This document shows, piece by piece, positions 20,401 to 27,462 of a DNA stretch of 59,486 nt. The notes beneath the pieces were generated by a model. The model had not been told where the DNA came from. It ran no database searches and was given only the letters and a program-made list of their open reading frames with translations. The first letter of the stretch is position 1. The number at the start of each line of letters is the position of its first letter. A program made the position numbers and the translations under genes. This stretch comes from Candidatus Poseidoniaceae archaeon (GTDB taxonomy: Archaea > Thermoplasmatota > Poseidoniia > Poseidoniales > Poseidoniaceae). The stretch covers positions 1-59,486 of the forward strand of contig CAXPMI010000002.1 of assembly GCA_964218365.1 (NCBI GenBank), read 5' to 3'.

Positions 20401-23154
20401 AGCCCTCTTTGGACCGACTTCCAAAAAGATCCTAGCTCCTGCGTCATACATCGAATTGATTTGTGATGTCCATTCTACGCTAGATGCCATCTGGGGTGCG
20501 AGTTTTGACAGAACAGCAGTCTTGGAGTCGCCACCGTCATCCATCGGATACCAACCTCCGTCGACGTTACTGGTGATAGGAATCTTTGGCCAATTGATTT
20601 CAAGACCTTCGAGGAATCTTCGAAGTGGTTCGTTTGCAGGAGCCACGATTCTTGAGTGGAAAGCGTGACTAGTTGCTAGTGCAACGGTTTGAAACCCTTC
20701 TGCCTCAAACCTTGACATCGCTGCTTTGACAGGCTCTGTTTCACCTGCAATCACTGTCATCTTTGGAGAGTTCTTGTTCGCTGCAATGACATATCCATCT
20801 ATTTCTGCGATGATTTCTGCAATTCTCTCGTAAGGAGCAGTAACACTAGCCATCAATCCCTTGTCGTCAATCTCAACGCTTCCCATTTCCGTTCCACGTG
20901 CAGCGGCTGCTCTTAGAGCGCCGTCCATGTCTAAGATCCCTGCACTCATCAGAGCAGCATATTCTCCAAGGCTGTGTCCTGCAACCATGTCTGGTTGGTG
21001 ACCATGGGCATTGAGTGCTGCCTCAATAGCGAGGTCTGCGGTTAGCATTGCGGGTTGAGTATATTCTGTTTGCTTGAGTTTATGTTCGGCTTCTTTTTTC
21101 TCCCCATCTGTGAGGTTCTCACGAAGTACGAATGAGGAAAGCGTTTCTCCATCTAGAACGTCGACCATGGTCACGTCTGCCTTTTCCCAAACTTCTCCAA
21201 CTCCAGTATATCTTCCGGACAAGTCGTTCGTCATGCCGACATATTGGCTGCCTTGGCCAGGGTACATGTGAGCGACCTTTGCTTGGGATGGCATTGCAGG
21301 CTGGTCACTGATGAGAATACCTTGGCTCATCAAGAAGCCCCATTTCCCTGCATCATCAATCGCTTTGAGAGCTAGGTCTTTTCGTTTGTTGAATTCTGCC
21401 CAAGATGTTGCACTTATCGCCATTCTTACTGAATCGCTCACTTCGTAAGACCAGTGTTCTGGCAATGTGAAAGAGAGGCGAATTCCCTTTGGGTCATCGT
21501 CAAAATTAGAACCGGTGATCGAAATTGCAGACAACTTAGATTTGACTGCATCAACTGAGTTTCCTGACAAGAGTAGTAATCCGCCCTCTATCGCCTTAAG
21601 TTCGTCATGTGTCATCGATGGCTTAGAAGAACTGGATGTTGAGATGCCAGCATATGCTTCCCATCTACCGCTCCACTCCTCAACTATGTCTGCGTGATAA
21701 TCCTGAACATATTCTTCGAGAGTTACGTGGAAATTAGTTCCACCAAATCCAAATGCGGATATTCCTGCTCTTCTTGGGTTTGATTCTGGCTTTGCCCAAT
21801 CTAGAGCTTTTGTTGGCACGAAAAATGGAATTTGGTTCCATTCAACTGTTGGATTAGGAGTTACGAAGCCTGCGCTTGGCGGTATTGTTGCGTGGTAAAC
21901 AGCGTTACAGGCTTTCATTATACCTGCAATTCCTGCGGCTGCTTTCAAGTGCCCAATTTGGCTCTTCACTGAACCAACTGCGATGTGGTCGCCACCGTCT
22001 AGTCCCTTCCAAAGCAGGGAGAGAGTAGACAATTCGGTAGCATCTCCAACTTTGGTTGAAGTGCCATGCGCTTCAACCAGTTCTACGGTTGATGGGTCAT
22101 AGCCAGCCTGTGCATATGCTCTACTAACCGCTTGAACCTGACCTCTCTGACTAGGCGCAGTAATTCCCTTCCCTCTACCATCAGATGAACCCCCTACTCC
22201 TCTGATTACCGCTTTGATATCGTCGCCATCATCAATCGCATCCGATAAGCGCTTTAGCAGTAGAACTCCAGCTCCTTCACCCATAACGAAGCCATTTGCC
22301 CTAGCATCGAAAGGCGTAGAGTGTGATGGTGAAAGCGCTCCGATTGCGCTAAACTTCGCATAGGTTGCAGCTTCCATACAGCGGTCGGTTGCTCCAGCAA
22401 GCATCGTATCGACCTGTCTAGTTTGCAATAATCGACAGGCATCGAGTAAAGCAGCCATTGATGATGCGCATGCTGCATCTGTAGAGTAGTTTGGACCTTG
22501 AAGGTCGAGAAGATTTGCAACTCTTCCACTTACGACGTTAGCCAATTCTCCTGGCATTGTGTCTTCATCGATGCGAGGTGTGCCCTCGCACATTTTCTCA
22601 ACCATTGCATCGGCTTGTTCGGGAGTTGCTCCGTTGTCGATTGCGATTTGACGCATTTCTGCACTGTAGACTCGAATGTTGGATTCCGAACGGTTTTCCC
22701 CACCAAGGGCATTAGCGAATATTACGCCTGTACGCGCTCTGTCTAGCGTTTTTCCTCCTTCACCATAACCCGCGTTGTCGATTGCATCTGCTGAAACCGT
22801 TACAGCCCAAAGTTGGCAGGGGTCGATTTGAGGAAGAGTTCCCGGAGGCTGCCTCCATCTTCGCCAATCGAACTCATATCCTTCAACAAAGCCTCCGATT
22901 TTCGAGTATGTCTTGCCTTCAGTCACATTGCCCGGAGCGCCATTCTCCCAGTAAATGTCTGGGTTCCAGCGGTCTTTTGATACCTCTTTAATCGAGACAT
23001 GCGCATCGATTATGTTCTGCCAAAATTCGTCAATAGAGGTTGCATCGGGCATTAATGCAGCCATACCGATAACTGCAATTGGTTCGAAAGGAGCTTGATT
23101 CAGACCATCTACTTGCTTTCCGTCCGCTGTAGTAACCGACATGAAATCACTCAC
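14464..23154 (-). CDS. Type I FAS/PKS (PfaA/HglE-like): KS-AT-(degenerate ACP)-KS-ACP-ACP-ACP-KR-DH
   Basis: KS1 DAAC229ASS/HGTST/IGHLK; AT PGQGSQ/GHS728LGE/HAFH; KS2 NLAC1324ASA/SHET/TGHPMG; three LGIDTVKQAEI ACP repeats; KR SGGGSG/HGAG/DY2472AAAN; DH HPFLSDH2614AIDGVPYHPG. Confidence 0.93.
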   Translation of the reverse strand: MSDFMSVTTADGKQVDGLNQAPFEPIAVIGMAALMPDATSIDEFWQNIIDAHVSIKEVSKDRWNPDIYWENGAPGNVTEGKTYSKIGGFVEGYEFDWRRWRQPPGTLPQIDPCQLWAVTVSADAIDNAGYGEGGKTLDRARTGVIFANALGGENRSESNIRVYSAEMRQIAIDNGATPEQADAMVEKMCEGTPRIDEDTMPGELANVVSGRVANLLDLQGPNYSTDAACASSMAALLDACRLLQTRQVDTMLAGATDRCMEAATYAKFSAIGALSPSHSTPFDARANGFVMGEGAGVLLLKRLSDAIDDGDDIKAVIRGVGGSSDGRGKGITAPSQRGQVQAVSRAYAQAGYDPSTVELVEAHGTSTKVGDATELSTLSLLWKGLDGGDHIAVGSVKSQIGHLKAAAGIAGIMKACNAVYHATIPPSAGFVTPNPTVEWNQIPFFVPTKALDWAKPESNPRRAGISAFGFGGTNFHVTLEEYVQDYHADIVEEWSGRWEAYAGISTSSSSKPSMTHDELKAIEGGLLLLSGNSVDAVKSKLSAISITGSNFDDDPKGIRLSFTLPEHWSYEVSDSVRMAISATSWAEFNKRKDLALKAIDDAGKWGFLMSQGILISDQPAMPSQAKVAHMYPGQGSQYVGMTNDLSGRYTGVGEVWEKADVTMVDVLDGETLSSFVLRENLTDGEKKEAEHKLKQTEYTQPAMLTADLAIEAALNAHGHQPDMVAGHSLGEYAALMSAGILDMDGALRAAAARGTEMGSVEIDDKGLMASVTAPYERIAEIIAEIDGYVIAANKNSPKMTVIAGETEPVKAAMSRFEAEGFQTVALATSHAFHSRIVAPANEPLRRFLEGLEINWPKIPITSNVDGGWYPMDDGGDSKTAVLSKLAPQMASSVEWTSQINSMYDAGARIFLEVGPKRALTVFASQILEGKQAIPVMTNHPKAGGIATFLSALGTLALAGRPPNWPGRDSPHLTEAFRAGPIEAQRGSIKPTTPLRERSKPLPSKGGEVVTQTVVKSSDTYVDPDAAKKALVGELIAAHTGYPAKFCQGNVDMRAVLGMSDDQIQNVITTVHARCSTDPDWDITVAKTPGDITRWITSAPTTQSKARVAKLDDRAVDPYVVTGISLGLPGGERVFDEGNFEKLVRGETCISEVSNEYKQRLLDKNLVRLIKGRDGSVGMEAAKEFGDIPQLAGVMSAFDPEEEFGIEAKIAAAWDITTQLACASGLIALKDAGIPLTPVEQVGKGGLRLIRSWQMPAAYRDRTGIVFASCFAGHQMAAKHAKMNGDDGEGRFDRRYLFQILNMGHSQFAQHVGIRGPNTTINLACASATAAFGVAEDWLSNDRCDRVVIISADDVTGDDLWEWIGAGFAASGAASTHNVVEETALPFDKRRNGLILGMGAAAFVVERKSEAEARGVQPMAEILGSRISNSAFHGTRLDVDHVAQTVNEFITEMEGQWGLDRHQMAPSTVFFSHETYTPARGGSAQAEVKALRETFGQSADSLVIANTKGFTGHPMGVGIEDASMFYGLLTGRIPPIANHKEVDPELGNLNLSKGGDYPNLKYGMRFAAGFGSQIGLSLVRKYEYTGDRIDKAKLMAWSQSQAGTSNLELRVLKNKLVAYVDGENNLHGGIQGAEYATPSAESVSSVPVVAAPILVKQDPVPVAEEPSPAPIPTPAPASVPTGDTTQIVIEVVVNHTGYPADFVELDQDLEGELGIDTVKQAEIMADIRAKFGLPVDEDFILSDYPTLNHMIAYIHKMQGGEAPVAVAAPLEAVEPTPPVEAPVQTPVAEAVTPPAQASGDESEIQPKLIAVVVKHTGYPEDFIEMDQDLEGELGIDTVKQAEIMGDVREIFSLPVDEDFVLSEHPTLNHFVDYIVKMTGGVPATSTAPTVVPTPAEPEPVAAPQAQADQIHVSAVNTGDTGDIEPKLIGVVVKHTGYPEDFIEMDQDLEGELGIDTVKQAEIMGDVREIFSLPVDEDFVLSDHPTLNHFVSYIVKMKGGSEPAKPPTPVTASTSPQPQVSAQTNKPEPSVMTTASKTRRWQVEVEPCPAVAEGLPIGGTIVLTQDSWGVADALATRLSTKGLSVAKVGFEFGAKSVTEQEELSGHTYRADPGSEEQIAEICSRISGVGGIIHLAPLSLTGSSWESEGASNQVNLAAQSWFGLLKGLDTQLGVLSSGIVGSVSALDGRHGNRGERFNSLACGASGVTKSYAFERENLRCRALDLHPELIIDADAAAEIIENDMLNAGGEVEIGIDRDLRRWTLVCFAEDLVDEVKSLQSDDVWLVSGGGSGVTAASIIGVANASKNAGATFLLLGRSGLVEETSQWLDWSEEQLNSRKMALRESLIAESESGKVTMVEWNNAWMKLTRSMDIYRTISEIESTGNIAEYHSANVTDSGAISAAVGERTVTGIVHGAGLEESKLVADKTWSTFDLIVRVKIDGWKALTSCVTDSLRFACAFTSVAGRFGNGGQTDYAAANSILDAEMARLTANSECRAVAIGWTGWRDVGMATRGSIEAVFESAGIETLAVEDGVEIFVGEALAGGKRRVLGCGSLGLMDRYDSFRDAPLKLPAEMAAAIADPRRFPLIDKLISLDEGKSLTSQCTLSVRDHPFLSDHAIDGVPYHPGVMAMEMFAENSLLLLPGNHLAGFEEVTFGLPIKIMKGAMTVRVEAELVSSEGDMSWVKCRLVSDLVNSKGEVFGEPRLHHEAKVRLVASSEDMTPFLESEVKSLPEIGTPPDGELQHHSSFIYLRYFHGPRFQSHGGVLRGIEGGVDGIALMRHQLPSTDQFALESDGEEVLLEALPMLIEAGFQNAGLAAMESEGFSSLPIGIEWSTMLRVPEAEEKLRVRSVKVATEDAGVTVHDVVVVGDDDAPVLSLKGLRLKAMGEVPEDQRFTLSR
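17170..18110 (-). repeat. Three tandem ACP-domain repeats (~360-nt period) with Pro/Ala-rich linkers
   Basis: VVV(N/K)HTGYP.DF.E.DQDLEGELGIDTVKQAEIM repeated three times. Confidence 0.9.
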
Positions 23155-23950
23155 CCATTATGCTTGAGGGCACCATCGTAATCGAATACCCTGCATCAAC
23201 ATGGATACACTGTCCAGTGACACCTGAGGAGAGAGGACTTGCAAGCCAAGTCGTACACCCTGCTACGTCTGATTGTGTTACATTTCGGCGAAGTGGAGAA
23301 TTGGCTGCGACGTGATCCAAGATATTGTCAAAGCCTGGAATTCCGCTTGCTGCGATTGTCCTTATTGGGCCGCTAGAAATCGAATTTACACGGTGTCCCT
23401 CTGGCCCAAGGTGGCAGGCTAATTCTCGTGTCCAGCATTCAAGGGCCGCTTTTGCCATGCTCATGATTCCATAAGACGGAACATGCCTAGTCGAGGCAGC
23501 ATAGGTTAGTGTGACTGTCGAGGAACCAGGGTTGAGGTATGGTAATGCGAACTTCAGACAGCGCTGGAGTGAGTTCGCAGAAATTGTATATGCCGTGTTG
23601 ATGCTTTCATCATCGACAAACAAGATTGGCCTATCGAAACATTCTCTCGGGGCGAATCCAATTGCGTGAACCATTATGTCTGCTTTCAGACCAGGGTTGT
23701 CTTTACTGAATGCATCGAAAAATTCCTTCGTGTCTGCATCGGATGCAACGTCTAGGGGGTAGAACCCCGCGATTGCAGGAAGTTTGTCTTTGAGTTGGAA
23801 AACTCTTGACATGAATCTCTTTTGATAACCGAGGTACAACGTCACCCCTGCCTCTGCAAGACTCTTACAAATCGCCCATGCGATTGAGTCTTCACTTGCC
23901 ACTCCGAAAACAAATGCAACTTTACCTTGTAAACCAAGCATCTTTGGCAC
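23147..23950 (-). CDS. fabI: Enoyl-ACP reductase FabI (SDR)
   Basis: GVASEDSIAWAI, HAIGFAP, YGIMSMAK catalytic motif, ISSGPIRTIAASGIPGF; GTG start; overlaps the PKS start by 8 nt. Confidence 0.9.
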   Translation of the reverse strand: MPKMLGLQGKVAFVFGVASEDSIAWAICKSLAEAGVTLYLGYQKRFMSRVFQLKDKLPAIAGFYPLDVASDADTKEFFDAFSKDNPGLKADIMVHAIGFAPRECFDRPILFVDDESINTAYTISANSLQRCLKFALPYLNPGSSTVTLTYAASTRHVPSYGIMSMAKAALECWTRELACHLGPEGHRVNSISSGPIRTIAASGIPGFDNILDHVAANSPLRRNVTQSDVAGCTTWLASPLSSGVTGQCIHVDAGYSITMVPSSIMGE

Positions 23951-23968
23951 CTACCCTTAGGGTAGGTG
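23948..23968. promoter_or_regulatory. Perfect 10-bp inverted repeat overlapping the fabI start codon
   Basis: CACCTACCCT-T-AGGGTAGGTG; one arm contains the GTG start. Confidence 0.55.
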
Positions 23969-24059
23969 TTTCCCTTGCCATTACGCCTATGACTGTTGTC
24001 ATCAAAAAACAGGGTACAGAGCCTATTGAGTGGGTGTTTGTGATTTTTCGTTTTGCGGC

Positions 24060-25223
24060 CTAAAGATCCTCAAAATCAAAATCATCATCCAAATCATCTA
24101 AGTCATCGAAATCTAAGTCGTCATCGAACTCTTCTTCGATTTGCTCCTCTGAGATTCCTGCCTTCTTCATAGCCTTGCGGCCTGCTTTGTTTGCCTTCCT
24201 TTCAGCCTTAGCGACCCTCTTTGCTTCCTTAGCTGCAATTTTCTGTTTTCCGGCCTTCTTTGTTAGTTTTGAAATCAGGACTAGAAGGACGATTAATGCG
24301 ATTAATCCGCCACCGGCTATTCCGACCAATTGTAAATCATCATTTGAAACAGATTCAATACCAAATGCGCCACCTGTTGAGGCACTTCCCGAGACTTGTG
24401 CATCAACTGTTACATCGATGTAAGGGGCTGAATCATCTGTTAACGAGTAAGCACGTAAATTAATTTCAAAATTGAAACTCTCATCTGGGAGTTGATCGAT
24501 GCCAAACAGCATAAATCCTGCATTTGAAGTAGAACCAGGAGTTACAACCTCTCTGTAAAAATCAACTCCAAAGTAGAATGGAGTTACACTATAAAATGAG
24601 TGCGTGATGCCTAAACTACTCAATTCCTCTAAGTTCATAATTTCTACAACAATGTCGTCATCGACGTTACCATCGTTGAATAAAGTCAGTTGAACTTGAT
24701 AGAATCCCTCATCATCATCAATTTTCTCGTCAATTATGACTGTGCTCTTATCTTGCACTTGGAACGTCATCCTAGAATATGGCATTGATTTTACTTGGCC
24801 GCTAGCTTCTGAACTGGAACCAAGTTGACCGATTGGGATTAGTATTGGCTCTTGGCCCACACTTTCAATTGTAGCTGTGATATTGTAATCTTCAGTTGCT
24901 ACTTCAGACCTAGGTGAAGCAGAGAATGTTGCGATAAAACTTGCATCTTCTCCTGCTGCCAACTCAAAGGATGATTCTGACAAAATTAGAGAAAAGCCAT
25001 TTCCATCAACACTTCCATCGACGTTGATTTTCTGATTTAATGAGCCAGTGTTAGAAACCACGCAGTTTACATTCACTGGAGCATTTTGCTCTGGATGCAC
25101 GTTTATTTCAATTGTTTGTTGGTCACAATCGATGTCCACACCAATGGGCGAAACTTGTGCTTGAGAATGAATAGGTGTAAACAAACAAGTTAGAAGGAGT
25201 GAGATGAGAATGACTCTCTTCAT
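24060..25223 (-). CDS. Membrane-anchored surface protein (Ig-like; resembles MGII choice-of-anchor T family)
   Basis: Signal peptide (start MKRVIL), beta-rich domains with N.G...D motifs, C-terminal TM, basic then very acidic tail. Confidence 0.7.
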   Translation of the reverse strand: MKRVILISLLLTCLFTPIHSQAQVSPIGVDIDCDQQTIEINVHPEQNAPVNVNCVVSNTGSLNQKINVDGSVDGNGFSLILSESSFELAAGEDASFIATFSASPRSEVATEDYNITATIESVGQEPILIPIGQLGSSSEASGQVKSMPYSRMTFQVQDKSTVIIDEKIDDDEGFYQVQLTLFNDGNVDDDIVVEIMNLEELSSLGITHSFYSVTPFYFGVDFYREVVTPGSTSNAGFMLFGIDQLPDESFNFEINLRAYSLTDDSAPYIDVTVDAQVSGSASTGGAFGIESVSNDDLQLVGIAGGGLIALIVLLVLISKLTKKAGKQKIAAKEAKRVAKAERKANKAGRKAMKKAGISEEQIEEEFDDDLDFDDLDDLDDDFDFEDL

Positions 25224-25269
25224 TGTTTCACCACTACACCCGAGATGAATCAAGGTCATGAAGTCTTGG

Positions 25270-26112
25270 TTAAATCGCACCGTAGATTCGCTCAGGCAAG
25301 TCAACGTGCGTGTTGTACAGAACCTCTTCGTCTAAACCTGCTTCAAGGAGTTGCCTAGTTCTCTTGGGTACGGTTTTCGGCCCTAGAACTGCACCAGGCC
25401 TCCTTGGGTCATCCATGTAGTCGGTTTCAAGCATGAAACCATGAGATGAAGACTCAAAGGTACTCATCAATTCCTCGATTGAACCACTACCCGCTAGAAC
25501 GCTAGGAGTTAAGCCGTGAGTGTATGATTCATCAACTCGTGGTGGCGCATAGTGCCTGACCAATTTTTCTCTAGCCAAACCAGCTCTGTCAGCCATTTGT
25601 GCTAACTCGCCATAGGTAAGGTCAGATTCCCCTTCAACGTGAAGTTGTAGTGGAATGTTTTCCCTTGCTGCTAACTCCATGGTTTCTTGCAGCAATACGT
25701 TTGAGCGATTCCAAATTTCATCAGTTACTGGCCAGTGAGGCCTTCCGACTTCCCCAATACCGTGAGCAAGGCCCTCGTGGACATAATGCAATGCAGTTTC
25801 TATGCTATCCCAATAATTCTCTTCCGCCCTTTCTCCTAGTGAATCAAATTGATGAGCAAATGCAGCAGGATGAGGCCCTAAGATGACTCTAACCCCTAGT
25901 CCTAAATCTCTAACTTCTTGTGCCATTGCAATCGTGTCAGCGTAAGTTTCTGAGTGACCTTCTCTCGTCACAGGAGGAGAGGCGAAATCAGGACAATGAA
26001 CCAATACTAGGTCGGTTCCACCAACTCTCTTGAAGTCCCTAGCCGCATCAAGAAAACGACCATTTCTATTTAGATGAAAATGGTCGTCAAGGATTGGCCC
26101 TTTCCAATCCAT
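25270..26112 (-). CDS. TatD-related archaeal metal-dependent hydrolase
   Basis: DDHFH, GPHP, GIGEVGRPH, LQLH and LETDYMDD motifs. Confidence 0.85.
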   Translation of the reverse strand: MDWKGPILDDHFHLNRNGRFLDAARDFKRVGGTDLVLVHCPDFASPPVTREGHSETYADTIAMAQEVRDLGLGVRVILGPHPAAFAHQFDSLGERAEENYWDSIETALHYVHEGLAHGIGEVGRPHWPVTDEIWNRSNVLLQETMELAARENIPLQLHVEGESDLTYGELAQMADRAGLAREKLVRHYAPPRVDESYTHGLTPSVLAGSGSIEELMSTFESSSHGFMLETDYMDDPRRPGAVLGPKTVPKRTRQLLEAGLDEEVLYNTHVDLPERIYGAI

Positions 26113-26116
26113 GCCA

Positions 26117-26656
26117 TCACACCTTGAACGATTTCTTGTCCGCGAACTTAGATTTCCAATGTACTGCAGACATTGCTACCATGTTCGGGTGTCTAGCATT
26201 TAGAGCAACGGTTCTTCCAGTAGGCCAAATCAATAACTCCAAATCGTGTCTCGTGTCATTTAACCTCAAGCAGCCAAGTCTCTCATCCATAGAGGAAGTA
26301 CCACTTCCTAGATTCATTCTGACATTTTCTATTTGAATAGGCTCTCCGAAGTCGAATGATGCCACAATAGGACCGAGTTCGGTTACAAGTCCCGAATCAT
26401 CTCTACCCATTCTAAGGAGCATTTCTTTGGCAGCAGCACGTGCAGCCTCGATTCGATGAGTTCCATGAACAACGATTCTCCCCTCGGAATCGATAATCAG
26501 TGTTGCGCGTGGCCGATCTAGCATCTTAATGATGACATCACCGTTAACGACTCCACCCAGTCTTTCGACGGCTTCCTCGAGGTCTACCCTTGGTGTTGGA
26601 GTGAATCTTGCGAGCAAATTCTCTACACGAACTTCGATGTTATTTGCACCTGACAT
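26117..26656 (-). CDS. Divergent TATA-binding-protein (TBP)-fold protein
   Basis: Two TBP-like repeats (VENLLAR..DLE..PRATLIIDSEGRIVVHG; PIVASFDFG..LELLIWPTGRTV); EYEPEQFPG loops absent. Confidence 0.65.
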   Translation of the reverse strand: MSGANNIEVRVENLLARFTPTPRVDLEEAVERLGGVVNGDVIIKMLDRPRATLIIDSEGRIVVHGTHRIEAARAAAKEMLLRMGRDDSGLVTELGPIVASFDFGEPIQIENVRMNLGSGTSSMDERLGCLRLNDTRHDLELLIWPTGRTVALNARHPNMVAMSAVHWKSKFADKKSFKV

Positions 26657-26658
26657 AA

Positions 26659-27456
26659 TCACTCCTCCTCTCGATGCGATGAAGCGCCAAGCAATGAACT
26701 CTCTGCATCAGGTAACGCTTTCAGAGCGGATAGCATAGACGCTCTCCATGCCTGTTGAATCGGAACCAGTAGAACTGCATCGTCCCCGTGTTCATCTCTC
26801 AAGTCAGATAAGGCACCACGTAAACGAGAAGCAAATCTTAGGTCCTTTTGTTGATTCAACTCATCCACTGAATTTTCTCTGTTCAATGTCCACCATGTAG
26901 CTGCAAGAGCGCTCGCTGCTTGTAGGCCGTCAGGTTCTCTAGATGGTTGTTCAACTACGTGCTTACGCATACGCTTGATTCCTTTTCTCCATCGCCTTGA
27001 TGTGAAAATTATCCTTGCTAATTTTAGTGGCTTGGTCATTGCTTTGGCTTCCTTTCCTAGGAAATCTGCCCAATTTTCGTCATCCATATCTGGTTCGATG
27101 AAATACACCGGTCTGTCGTGGTTAACCGCAGCCTTGTGAAGCCTTCTTGGTTCAGGGTCAGGGAATCTTCCCACTTGTAATCCTTCGACGCCGTAGGCGA
27201 GCATTTCGAGATAAAGTCCATCCAGGCCTCCGTTGAGAATTGCGCTGTCCAAATTTATTCCGGAGTCTTCTGCCTCTGCTTTTTCTTCCTCAGCCCAAAC
27301 CTCTACTTCTTCGCTGGACCCCATAATTCCCAAACCGTGCCAATTGAGGCGTGGCCTCATTGCATTAGGCAAAACCACTGTCGGTAGGACACCGTGCAAC
27401 ACAATCGTGCCGCCATCGGGGTCCTTCCAGTGGATATCGTCCCAGTCAAGATTCAT
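26659..27456 (-). CDS. Hypothetical soluble protein
   Basis: 265-aa ORF tightly packed with its neighbours; no recognised motif. Confidence 0.7.
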   Translation of the reverse strand: MNLDWDDIHWKDPDGGTIVLHGVLPTVVLPNAMRPRLNWHGLGIMGSSEEVEVWAEEEKAEAEDSGINLDSAILNGGLDGLYLEMLAYGVEGLQVGRFPDPEPRRLHKAAVNHDRPVYFIEPDMDDENWADFLGKEAKAMTKPLKLARIIFTSRRWRKGIKRMRKHVVEQPSREPDGLQAASALAATWWTLNRENSVDELNQQKDLRFASRLRGALSDLRDEHGDDAVLLVPIQQAWRASMLSALKALPDAESSLLGASSHREEE

Positions 27457-27462
27457 AGTGAA

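Noticed and set aside
14464-23154. Canonical pfa PUFA synthase or hgl cluster
   Set aside because: No PfaB/C/D homologues; the enoyl reductase is FabI-type and the domain order with an internal second KS differs
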